Of a stretch of DNA of 64,000 nt, positions 53,790 to 64,000 are shown piece by piece. The stretch comes from Balanoglossus misakiensis (taxonomy: Eukaryota; Animalia; Hemichordata), in contig CM082578.2 of assembly GCA_040954595.2 (NCBI GenBank), forward strand, positions 2,276,831-2,340,830. Direction: 5' to 3'. Within the stretch, counting starts at the first letter, position 1. Each line of letters starts with the position of its first letter. The position numbers and the translations under genes are program-made. The notes beneath the pieces were generated by a model, which saw only the letters and a program-made list of their open reading frames with translations, searched no databases and was not told the DNA's origin.

Positions 53790-53900
53790 CAAAAGCTCGA
53801 CGCACTCCGCTAGTCATTTTCGGCCGAGAGGTCAAATCGGACGACGGCGGCCCCGTTTGAAACAGACAGTATTCCAGCGGCGTTTTCCCCACCAGATCCA
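53790..53900 (-). pseudogene. Duplicated ~110-bp fragment of ankyrin-SOCS gene (matches 54440-54549)
   Basis: caaaagctcgacgcactccgctagtc...ccccaccagatcca is present at both places, with small indels. Confidence 0.85.
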
Positions 53901-53907
53901 CCAAATT

Positions 53908-54200
53908 CTAGTGTTTAAACCAATAAATCTATAAATTTAACTTGATTCGTCGCTAAATGACATGACTCTTATGCATTCACTCACACACATACAAGCAAAA
54001 CGCCAGATCAGTTTCCATTAAAAAAAACAACAACCATGAACAGTTGGTTTTATTTTCTAAAAAAAAAAAAACAAACAAACATATCACAATTCACAAGATT
54101 ATAAAACAGATAACTTTGGTCAAACTTGAACATTGAATAATGTACAACATGAACATTGGCAAAGGTACTGCATGGAGCAGTTTGAAAACAGATTCAAATT
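53908..54200. repeat. Direct repeat copy B (3' UTR of ankyrin-SOCS gene)
   Basis: Paralogous to 50507-50790. Contains AATAAA on the minus strand. Confidence 0.9.
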
Positions 54201-55096
54201 CACATATCTAACGCCAAATACCGTTTTAGAGTTAGCGGTAACGGTAGTTGACCGATCCCGTGAGGTAACCTGTCGTTCAGACCTATGGATTGTCTTATTG
54301 TGAAGCGGCAAAGGTGCTTTAGAAGACAGGGAGAATTTGATATGTCGATGTTTTGGAGGAACCCGTCTTTTACTCCCCCAGTATTTAAAGCTTCCAACCG
54401 TTCAACGATTGAAACATCAATATTTTGCAGTGTTCTCAACAAAAGCTCGACGCACTCCGCTAGTCGTTCCGGCCGAGAGGTCAAATCGGACGACGACGGC
54501 CCCGTTTGAAACAGACAGTATTCCAGCGGCGTTTTCCCCACCAGATCCATGGTTGCCGGGTTCGCTCCGTACTTGAGCAGGGCTCTCAGGCATTCGACGT
54601 GGGCCAACTCACAAGCGACATGGACGGCCGTTCTTGAAAATCCCAACGAACGACACCCTTTGCAGTTGATATAGCAGTCGCCATTGTAGTCATATGTCGG
54701 AGGGGCCTCCGCCCTATAATTCTCTCGGCTCTGTGCAGTATTCGCCTCACGCTGCAGTTTCTCGTCGATGGCACTCCTGCAGTGGTCGAACTTCTTTCTC
54801 GCGTAAAAGAGAATCTTCTCCACAATCTGGTGTCTGTCCCACCTCACAGCTAGAATGAGATGCGAGCAACATCGTTTTGATACATCCAGCGCCTCTGCCA
54901 GATGATATTCCAGAAGGTATTCCACGTAGTCGATATGGTTGCACTCAACGGCCAGTGCCAGCGCATCGGCCGGCGTGAAAAACCTGGCGTCGCTCTTCTC
55001 CTCCCAGTCGAACACAACGCGTTTCCGAACTCTCTCTATCCTTTTTGGTGGCTTGTGTTTTCTGATCGCGGTGACTAGCAAGTTATAAAAAGACAT
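54200..55096 (-). CDS. Ankyrin-repeat and SOCS-box protein (ASB-like), intronless, ~298 aa
   Basis: Ankyrin repeats (ALALAVECNHIDYVEYLL, TAVHVACELAHVECLRALLKYGANP, GKTPLE) and C-terminal SOCS box PCLLKHLCRFTIRQ...IGQLPLPLTLKRYL. First in-frame ATG at 55096. Confidence 0.88.
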   Translation of the reverse strand: MSFYNLLVTAIRKHKPPKRIERVRKRVVFDWEEKSDARFFTPADALALAVECNHIDYVEYLLEYHLAEALDVSKRCCSHLILAVRWDRHQIVEKILFYARKKFDHCRSAIDEKLQREANTAQSRENYRAEAPPTYDYNGDCYINCKGCRSLGFSRTAVHVACELAHVECLRALLKYGANPATMDLVGKTPLEYCLFQTGPSSSDLTSRPERLAECVELLLRTLQNIDVSIVERLEALNTGGVKDGFLQNIDISNSPCLLKHLCRFTIRQSIGLNDRLPHGIGQLPLPLTLKRYLALDM

Positions 55097-55204
55097 TTGG
55101 TCGAATCGTGAAAGCAATCCTCTGATCTCGACGATGTTCGTTAAAAATGCGCATTGACCATATCCACAATACGCCCAAGAGAACGATGGTCATGCAGGGC
55201 TAGC

Positions 55205-55212
55205 CTTTTATA
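55205..55212 (-). promoter_or_regulatory. TATA box of ankyrin-SOCS gene, adjacent to right TIR
   Basis: TATAAAAG on the minus strand ~110 bp upstream of the ATG. Confidence 0.55.
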
Positions 55213-55235
55213 CAGTCTCAAATAGGGAAAGGGCT

Positions 55236-55613
55236 ACCACTCATCGCCTCCTCTGCCTCCTCCGCCTCCGCCTCCTCCCAACATTTAGGGTTCCTTACCT
55301 TAGGGGGTGATACACCTCCGCCTCTCATCGCCTCCTCTGCCTCCTCCCAACATTTAGGGTTGTCTACCTCATGGGTGATAGGCCTCCTCCTCCTCCACTT
55401 CCTCCTCCTCCTCCTCCTCCTCCTCCTCCTCCTCCTCCTCCTCCTCCTCCTCCTCCTCCTCCTCCTTCTCCTCCTCCTCCTCAGCTCCTCAGCTCCTCCT
55501 CAGCTCCTCCTCCTCAGCTCCTCCTCCTCAGCTCCTCCTCCTCAGCTCCTCCTCAGCTCCTCCTCAGCTCCTCCTCCAGGAATGAGAGTGCTACGGCTCC
55601 AACCTATACTACT
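55236..55613 (-). repeat. Right terminal inverted repeat with (CTC)n tract
   Basis: Inverted match to 41801-42130, with an extra internal partial duplication at about 55325-55382. Confidence 0.92.
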
Positions 55614-56568
55614 GCCGTAGGCAAACACTGCTTGAATTTCTACAATTATTAAGCAAACGGAAGCTTCACTAACACATAGGCGTACACACAGAGCACGCGG
55701 CACGATAATTGTGTGCGTGGCCAGCTGATTGACCGACCCTATCTTATAATTTATATGGGAGAGAGCGGTTTTGTCTTGTTATATCCTACAAAAAGTGACC
55801 ATATTAAAGTGGAGAAATAATGACCTGATAATTTGTGTGGCCGATCGACCGTCCCTATCTAAGGCCTATATTGGTATGTTATGCAAGACACACTATTCGA
55901 AATAACGCCTGTCCGACAGTCCGAGACTGGTTGTTTTTCCATCAGACTGATAGTAAAAAAGTTACCAGTCCGACGGACAGGTTGAATTTAGCGTGGAGTT
56001 GACTTGTTTGCGGTATCATAGACGTACGTGACCCCATCGTGACCCTGGCTGTCCGGGATAGCACCACCAACGATATCTTTTAGACCATCCTCTGTTTATT
56101 AGGCCCCTATTGCAATTAATTACCGTCCCTATCTTATATTGGAGGGCACGGGTTTGTCTTGGCATGTTATGCAAAACACTTGAAAGATGAATTTTTTTTT
56201 TTTAAATGACGTTTATGACATACAGATGTAACCGACCCCATAAGGTCCCAATGGTATATATTTACATCATACACCAAATTGGACTTAAAAACCAAAAATT
56301 GAAAGCCGCTGGAGTTTCTGCGACTATGAACTCAACGTAAGCTGGACACTACTCACTCCGAGCCCGACCTGGTAATTTGTATGTTGTCCATCGAGCGCCT
56401 ATAGCTTAGACCTATACAGGAGAGAACGGTTTATGAAGTTATGTTCAACAAAAATATATGATCATGGAATTAAAGAATTTGGAGAAAAAAAATATAATTA
56501 AAAATGGACGTTTACGACGACAAAAAGGAAGACTGTTTAATGCAAAAGTTAAGAAAAAGGAAAAATTC

Positions 56569-56688
56569 AAGCCTACGGCACGTGGTATTCCCAGGCGGTC
56601 ACCCATCCAAGTACTAACCACGCCCAACGCAGCTTAACTTCGGTGATCGGACGAGAACCGGTGTATTCGACGTGGTATGGCCGTAGGC
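56569..56688 (-). rRNA. 5S rRNA
   Basis: Matches consensus. Confidence 0.97.
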
Positions 56689-57187
56689 AAACACTGCTTG
56701 AATTTCTACAATTATTAAGCAAACGGAAGCTTCACTAACACATAGGCGTACACACAGAGCACGCGGCACGATAATTGTGTGCGTGGCCAGCTGATTGACC
56801 GACCCTATCTTATAATTTATATGGGAGAGAGCGGTTTTGTCTTGTTATATCCTACAAAAAGTGACCATATTAAAGTGGAGAAATAATGACCTGATAATTT
56901 GTGTGGCCGATCGACCGTCCCTATCTTAGGCCTATATTGGTATGTTATGCTAGACACACTATTCGAAATAATGCCTGTCCGACAGTCCGAGACTGGTTGT
57001 TTTTCCATCAGACTGATAGTAAAAAAGTTACCAGTCCGGCGGACAGGTTGAATTTAGCGTGGAGTTGACTTGTTTGCGGTATCATAGACGTACGTGACCC
57101 CATCGTGACCCTGGCTGTCCGGGATAGCACCACCAACGATATCTTTTAGACCATCCTCTGTTTATTAGGCCCCTATTGCAATTAATT

Positions 57188-59115
57188 GGCAGAAAAAATG
57201 TGGAGAAAATCTAGGTTGGAAGTACATCGCCAGATTTACAGGGCCTGTCGGACCGACGTCGTTCGCCTTGTGGATGCTGCTAAAAAGAACCATTATGTCG
57301 GCCTTGTTGACGAGTGCTCAGGTAACCAAAAACAATTATTCAAGGTCGTAAAGGGACTGCTTGGTCACAATAACACATCCACTGTACTACCAAAACATGA
57401 TGATTCTCTGGAATTAGCAAATCGTTTTGCAAAATTCTTCATTAATCGCGTAAAATCACTAACTATAAATATGGGCAATTCCATTCGACATCATTCACAA
57501 CCACAAACTGAATTGAAATCCGATTGTCGCCTTAATGCCTTTGAGCCTACAACTGCTGATGAAATTGACAAGGTTATTCGTGCATCGCCTTCATCTACTT
57601 GTCGCCTTGATCCGATTCCTACCAAGATCTTCACACATTCTGACATTTTACAAGTTGTGTTACCACATATCACAGAAATCTTCAATAACTCTCTGCAGTA
57701 TGGTGTTGTACCTCCTCATTTCAAGGAAGGCGTCGTTAAACCTCTACTTAAAAAGCCATCTCTTGATCATGAAGTTCTCAAAAATTTCCGTCCTGTATCC
57801 AACCTGCCGTTTTTGTCGAAGATCCTGGAACGTATTGTTGCCAAGAGACTGACTTCTCACATTGTCAACCATTCATTGGACGAGCCTTTGCAATCTGCTT
57901 ACAAGCCAGGACACAGTACTGAGACTGCTCTCCTCAAAGTAACAAATGACATTTTGCTTGCTCTTGATGAAAAAAGATATGTTTTCTTGGTATTACTCGA
58001 TCTTTCCGCAGCATTTGACACTGTGAACCATACCATTTTACTCAATCGCTTAAGAGACCGCTTTGGTCTCTCTGATACTGTTCTCATGTGGTTTAAGTCA
58101 TACCTTCCAATCGTAGTCAGTGTGTACTTGTAAATTCCACCCAATCACCTTTTTATCCGCTCGACACTGGGGTACCACAGGGATCAGTTCTTGGTCCCAT
58201 ACTTTTCAATATGTACACGTCTCCATTAGGTGAATTAGTTCAAAGTCATGGTTGTCTTTATAGTTTTTATGCAGATGACTCTTCACTTTATATGTCTTTT
58301 AGTAAAGACAACGCAGCAAAAACTGTTTCAAATCTTGAACTTTGTATATCTGATGTTAGGTTTTGGATGTCTGAAAACTTCTTGTGCTTAAACGATGATA
58401 AGACTGAATTTTTGTTATTTTCTCTGGTATTTTGGGTGATCTGTCTGCTAGAGGGATTTCAGAAATTCGTGTTGGCGATTCTCTGATTCCCGTCCACTGT
58501 CAGGCTAAGAGCCTTGGAGTGATCCTTGACTCTTGTCTGACAATGAAGCCACATATTGGACAGATCTGCTGCTCTGCCACTTTTCATTTACGTCGCATTG
58601 CGTTTATCCGCAAATATTTATCTCATTCTGCTACAGAGCAATTAGTTCATGCATTCATTACGTCTCGAATTGATTCATGTAATTCACTTTTATTTGGGCT
58701 CCCGAAGTATTCAATCAACCGTATCCAACGCGTTCAGAATATTGCTGCTAGAATTGTAACTCGTTCAAAAATCACCTGTCACATCACTCCAATTTTGTAT
58801 CAGTTGCACTGGCTACCTGTTACAGAGCGTATTGTTTTTAAGATGTTAGTTCTCATTTTTGAATCCATTCATAAACTTGGTCCAATCTATCTTTCAAGCA
58901 TGACTAATCTATATGTTCCGTGTCGCAATTTAAGGTCAGCGGATCAGTTCAAACTCTGCCCTGTTCGATCACGCACCAAGAGTTATGGTGATCGTGCTTT
59001 TACTGTTGCTGCTCCAATTCTTTGGAATAATCTTCCACTCACCATTCGCCAGGCACCAGACTTATCTGTTTTTAAATCAAATGTTAAAACTTTACTTTTT
59101 AAATCTGTTTTTTAG
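57188..59115 (+). pseudogene. Reverse transcriptase ORF2 fragment, two frameshifts
   Basis: ORFs 57186-58133, 58211-58486 and 58432-59115. Confidence 0.88.
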
Positions 59116-59216
59116 CCATTTGTTGTATTGTACTTTTGCTTTAAGCGTCATTGATCACATTTTTTGTGGATACTGACGCTATACAAATAAATTATTATTA
59201 TTATTATTATTATTAT
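57188..59216 (+). mobile_element. 5'-truncated L2-like non-LTR retrotransposon, copy 3
   Basis: Same junctions and frameshift as copies 1-2, plus an extra 2-bp insertion near 58410. Confidence 0.92.
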
Positions 59217-59435
59217 TACTCACTCCGAGCCCGACCTGGTAATTTGTATGTTGTCCATCGAGCGCCTATAGCTTAGACCTATACAGGAGAGAACGGTTTA
59301 TGAAGTTATGTTCAACAAAAATATATGATCATGGAATTAAAGAATTTGGAGAAAAAAAATATAATTAAAAATGGACGTTTACGACGACAAAAAGGAAGAC
59401 TGTTTAATGCAAAAGTTAAGAAAAAGGAAAAATTC

Positions 59436-59555
59436 AAGCCTACGGCACGTGGTATTCCCAGGCGGTCACCCATCCAAGTACTAACCACGCCCAACGCAGC
59501 TTAACTTCGGTGATCGGACGAGAACCGGTGTATTCGACGTGGTATGGCCGTAGGC
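59436..59555 (-). rRNA. 5S rRNA
   Basis: Matches consensus. Confidence 0.97.
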
Positions 59556-60499
59556 AAACACTGCTTGAATTTCTACAATTATTAAGCAAACGGAAGCTTC
59601 ACTAACACATAGGCGTACACACAGAGCACGCGGCACGATAATTGTGTGCGTGGCCAGCTGATTGACCGACCCTATCTTATAATTTATATGGGAGAGAGCG
59701 GTTTTGTCTTGTTATATCCTACAAAAAGTGACCATATTAAAGTGGAGAAATAATGACCTGATAATTTGTGTGGCCGATCGACCGTCCCTATCTAAGGCCT
59801 ATATTGGTATGTTATGCAAGACACACTATTCGAAATAACGCCTGTCCGACAGTCCGAGACTGGTTGTTTTTCCATCAGACTGATAGTAAAAAAGTTACCA
59901 GTCCGGCGGACAGGTTGAATTTAGCGTGGAGTTGACTTGTTTGCGGTATCATAGACGTACGTGACCCCATCGTGACCCTGGCTGTCCGGGATAGCACCAC
60001 CAACGATATCTTTTAGACCATCCTCTGTTTATTAGGCCCCTATTGCAATTAATTACCGTCCCTATCTTATATTGGAGGGAACGGGTTTGTCTTGGCATGT
60101 TATGCAAAACACTTGAAAGATGATTTTTTTTTTTAAATGACGTTTATGACATACAGATGTAACCGACCCCATAAGGTCCCAATGGTATATATTTACATCA
60201 TACACCAAATTGGACTTAAAAACCAAAAATTGAAAGCCGCTGGAGTTTCTGCGACTATGAACTCAACGTAAGCTGGACACTACTCACTCCGAGCCCGACC
60301 TGGTAATTTGTATGTTGTCCATCGAGCGCCTATAGCTTAGACCTATACAGGAGAGAACGGTTTATGAAGTTATGTTCAACAAAAATATATGATCATGGAA
60401 TTAAAGAATTTGGAGAAAAAAAATATAATTAAAAATGGACGTTTACGACGACAAAAAGGAAGACTGTTTAATGCAAAAGTTAAGAAAAAGGAAAAATTC

Positions 60500-60619
60500 A
60501 AGCCTACGGCACGTGGTATTCCCAGGCGGTCACCCATCCAAGTACTAACCACGCCCAACGCAGCTTAACTTCGGTGATCGGACGAGAACCGGTGTATTCG
60601 ACGTGGTATGGCCGTAGGC
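60500..60619 (-). rRNA. 5S rRNA
   Basis: Matches consensus. Confidence 0.97.
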
Positions 60620-61562
60620 AAACACTGCTTGAATTTCTACAATTATTAAGCAAACGGAAGCTTCACTAACACATAGGCGTACACACAGAGCACGCGGCAC
60701 GATAATTGTGTGCGTGGCCAGCTGATTGACCGACCCTATCTTATAATTTATATGGGAGAGAGCGGTTTTGTCTTGTTATATCCTACAAAAAGTGACCATA
60801 TTAAAGTGGAGAAATAATGACCTGATAATTTGTGTGGCCGATCGACCGTCCCTATCTAAGGCCTATATTGGTATGTTATGCAAGACACACTATTCGAAAT
60901 AACGCCTGTCCGACAGTCCGAGACTGGTTGTTTTTCCATCAGACTGATAGTAAAAAAGTTACCAGTCCGGCGGACAGGTTGAATTTAGCGTGGAGTTGAC
61001 TTGTTTGCGGTATCATAGACGTACGTGACCCCATCGTGACCCTGGCTGTCCGGGATAGCACCACCAACGATATCTTTTAGACCATCCTCTGTTTATTAGG
61101 CCCCTATTGCAATTAATTACCGTCCCTATCTTATAATGGAGGGAACGGGTTTGTCTTGGCATGTTATGCAAAACACTTGAAAGATGATTTTTTTTTTAAA
61201 TGACGTTTATGACATACAGATGTAACCGACCCCATAAGGTCCCAATGGTATATATTTACATCATACACCAAATTGGACTTAAAAACCAAAAATTGAAAGC
61301 CGCTGGAGTTTCTGCGACTATGAACTCAACGTAAGCTGGACACTACTCACTCCGAGCCCGACCTGGTAATTTGTATGTTGTCCATCGAGCGCCTATAGCT
61401 TAGACCTATACAGGAGAGAACGGTTTATGAAGTTATGTTCAACAAAAATATATGATCATGGAATTAAAGAATTTGGAGAAAAAAAATATAATTAAAAATG
61501 GACGTTTACGACGACAAAAAGGAAGACTGTTTAATGCAAAAGTTAAGAAAAAGGAAAAATTC

Positions 61563-61682
61563 AAGCCTACGGCACGTGGTATTCCCAGGCGGTCACCCAT
61601 CCAAGTACTAACCACGCCCAACGCAGCTTAACTTCGGTGATCGGACGAGAACCGGTGTATTCGACTTGGTATGGCCGTAGGC
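61563..61682 (-). rRNA. 5S rRNA (1 substitution)
   Basis: gacttgg variant. Confidence 0.96.
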
Positions 61683-62626
61683 AAACACTGCTTGAATTTC
61701 TACAATTATTAAGCAAACGGAAGCTTCACTAACACATAGGCGTACACACAGAGCACGCGGCACGATAATTGTGTGCGTGGCCAGCTGATTGACCGACCCT
61801 ATCTTATAATTTATATGGGAGAGAGCGGTTTTGTCTTGTTATATCCTACAAAAAGTGACCATATTAAAGTGGAGAAATAATGACCTGATAATTTGTGTGG
61901 CCGATCGACCGTCCCTATCTAAGGCCTATATTGGTATGTTATGCAAGACACACTATTCGAAATAACGCCTGTCCGACAGTCCGAGACTGGTTGTTTTTCC
62001 ATCAGACTGATAGTAAAAAGTTACCAGTCCGGCGGACAGGTTGAATTTAGCGTGGAGTTGACTTGTTTGCGGTATCATAGACGTACGTGACCCCATCGTG
62101 ACCCTGGCTGTCCGGGATAGCACCACCAACGATATCTTTTAGACCATCCTCTGTTTATTAGGCCCCTATTGCAATTAATTACCGTCCCTATCTTATATTG
62201 GAGGGAACGGGTTTGTCTTTGCATGTTATGCAAAACACTTGAAAGATGATTTTTTTTTTTAAATGACGTTTATGACATACAGATGTAACCGACCCCATAA
62301 GGTCCCAATGGTATATATTTACATCATACACCAAATTGGACTTAAAAACCAATAAATTGAAAGCCGCTGGAGTTTCTGCGACTATGAACTCAACATAAGC
62401 TGGACACTACTCACTCCGAGCCCGACCTGGTAATTTGTATGTTGTCCATCGAGCGCCTATAGCTTAGACCTATACAGGAGAGAACGGTTTATGAAGTTAT
62501 GTTCAACAAAAATATATGATCATGGAATTAAAGAATTTGGAGAAAAAAAATATAATTAAAAATGGACGTTTACGACGACAAAAAGGAAGACTGTTTAATG
62601 CAAAAGTTAAGAAAAAGGAAAAATTC

Positions 62627-62746
62627 AAGCCTACGGCACGTGGTATTCCCAGGCGGTCACCCATCCAAGTACTAACCACGCCCAACGCAGCTTAACTTCG
62701 GTGATCGGACGAGAACCGGTGTATTCGACGTGGTATGGCCGTAGGC
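62627..62746 (-). rRNA. 5S rRNA
   Basis: Matches consensus. Confidence 0.97.
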
Positions 62747-63107
62747 AAACACTGCTTGAATTTCTACAATTATTAAGCAAACGGAAGCTTCACTAACACA
62801 TAGGCGTACACACAGAGCACGCGGCACGATAATTGTGTGCGTGGCCAGCTGATTGACCGACCCTATCTTATAATTTATATGGGAGAGAGCGGTTTTGTCT
62901 TGTTATATCCTACAAAAAGTGACCATATTAAAGTGGACAAATAATGACCTGATAATTTGTGTGAACGGTTTATGAAGTTATGTTCAACAAAAATATATGA
63001 TCATGGAATTAAAGAATTTGGAGAAAAAAAATATAATTAAAAATGGACGTTTACGACGACAAAAAGGAAGACTGTTTAATGCAAAAGTTAAGAAAAAGGA
63101 AAAATTC

Positions 63108-63227
63108 AAGCCTACGGCACGTGGTATTCCCAGGCGGTCACCCATCCAAGTACTAACCACGCCCAACGCAGCTTAACTTCGGTGATCGGACGAGAACCGG
63201 TGTATTCGACGTGGTATGGCCGTAGGC
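63108..63227 (-). rRNA. 5S rRNA
   Basis: Matches consensus. Only 481 bp from the previous copy. Confidence 0.97.
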
Positions 63228-64000
63228 AAACACTGCTTGAATTTCTACAATTATTAAGCAAACGGAAGCTTCACTAACATATAGGCGTACACACAGAGCA
63301 CGCGGCACGATAATTGTGTGCGTGGCCAGCTGATTGACCGACCCTATCTTATAATTTATATGGGAGAGAGCGGTTTTGTCATGTTATATCCTACAAAAAG
63401 TGACCATATTAAAGTGGACAAATAATGACCTGATAATTTGTGTGGCCGATCGACCGTCCCTATCTAAGGCCTATATTGGTATGTTATGCAAGACACACTA
63501 TTCGAAATAACGCCTGTCCGACAGTCCGAGACTGGTTGTTTTTCCATCAGACTGATAGTAAAAAAGTTACCAGTCCGGCGGACAGGTTGAATTTAGCGTG
63601 GAGTTGACTTGTTTGCGGTATCATAGACGTACGTGACCCCATCGTGACCTTGGCTGTCCGGGATAGCACCACCAACGATATCTTTTAGACCATCCTCTGT
63701 TTATTAGGCCCCTATTGCAATTAATTACCGTCCCTATCTTATATTGGAGGGAACGGGTTTGTCTTGGCATGTTATGCAAAACACTTGAAAGATGAATTTT
63801 TTTTTTTTAAATGACGTTTATGACATACAGATGTAACCGACCCTATAAGGTCCCAATGGTATATATTTACATCATACACCAAATTGGACTTAAAAACCAA
63901 AAATTGAAAGCCGCTGGAGTTTCTGCGACTATGAACTCAACGTAAGCTGGACACTACTCACTCCGAGCCCGACCTGGTAATTTGTATGTTGTCCATCGAG

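Larger units (their letters stand above)
41801..55613. mobile_element. 13.8-kb DNA element with long TIRs and 6-bp TSD; Polinton/Maverick-type ends, apparently non-autonomous, carrying RAG1/Chapaev-like, C2H2-ZF and ankyrin-SOCS genes
   Basis: Perfect terminal inverted match AGTAGTATAGGTTGGAGCCGTAGCACTCTCATTCCTGGAGGAGG. TSD GCCGTA at 41795-41800 and 55614-55619. Boundaries are directly visible; the family assignment is inferred from termini and TSD length only. Confidence 0.85.
1..64000. repeat. Tandem 5S rDNA array, ~1064-bp unit (120-bp gene + ~945-bp spacer), interrupted by TEs
   Basis: Near-identical units recur every ~1062-1071 bp, tracked by the spurious 60-aa ORF overlapping each 5S gene. 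37 gene copies counted. Confidence 0.99.

Noticed and set aside
42756-55096. ProtoRAG-like tail-to-tail RAG1L/RAG2L pair
   Set aside because: The convergent genes encode C2H2-ZF and ankyrin-SOCS proteins, not kelch/PHD. Outer ends are AGT with a 6-bp TSD, not CAC with a 5-bp TSD.
41801-55613. Dada-type small-RNA-targeting transposon
   Set aside because: Dada elements lack long TIRs, and the encoded transposase motifs here are RAG1/Chapaev-like.

Overview
This is a eukaryotic (probably invertebrate animal; inference) tandem 5S rDNA array with a ~1064-bp unit and 37 5S genes on the minus strand. Three kinds of insertion interrupt it. (1) A 5'-truncated, frameshifted L2-like LINE occurs as three copies of one insertion event. 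(2) A CR1-group LINE with a 7-bp TSD occurs as two copies of one event, one with an open EN+RT ORF2. (3) A 13.8-kb DNA element (41801-55613) sits in the 5' end of a 5S gene. It has Polinton/Maverick-type ends (AGTAGT...ACTACT, ~330-380-bp GAG-rich TIRs, 6-bp TSD GCCGTA) but no recognisable Polinton core genes. Instead it carries an 11-exon RAG1/Chapaev-like transposase gene (Chapa/CND + RING + DDE core), a 5-exon C2H2 zinc-finger gene and an intronless ankyrin-SOCS-box gene. Exon structures were derived by hand from GT-AG sites and reading-frame continuity. No database searches were run.
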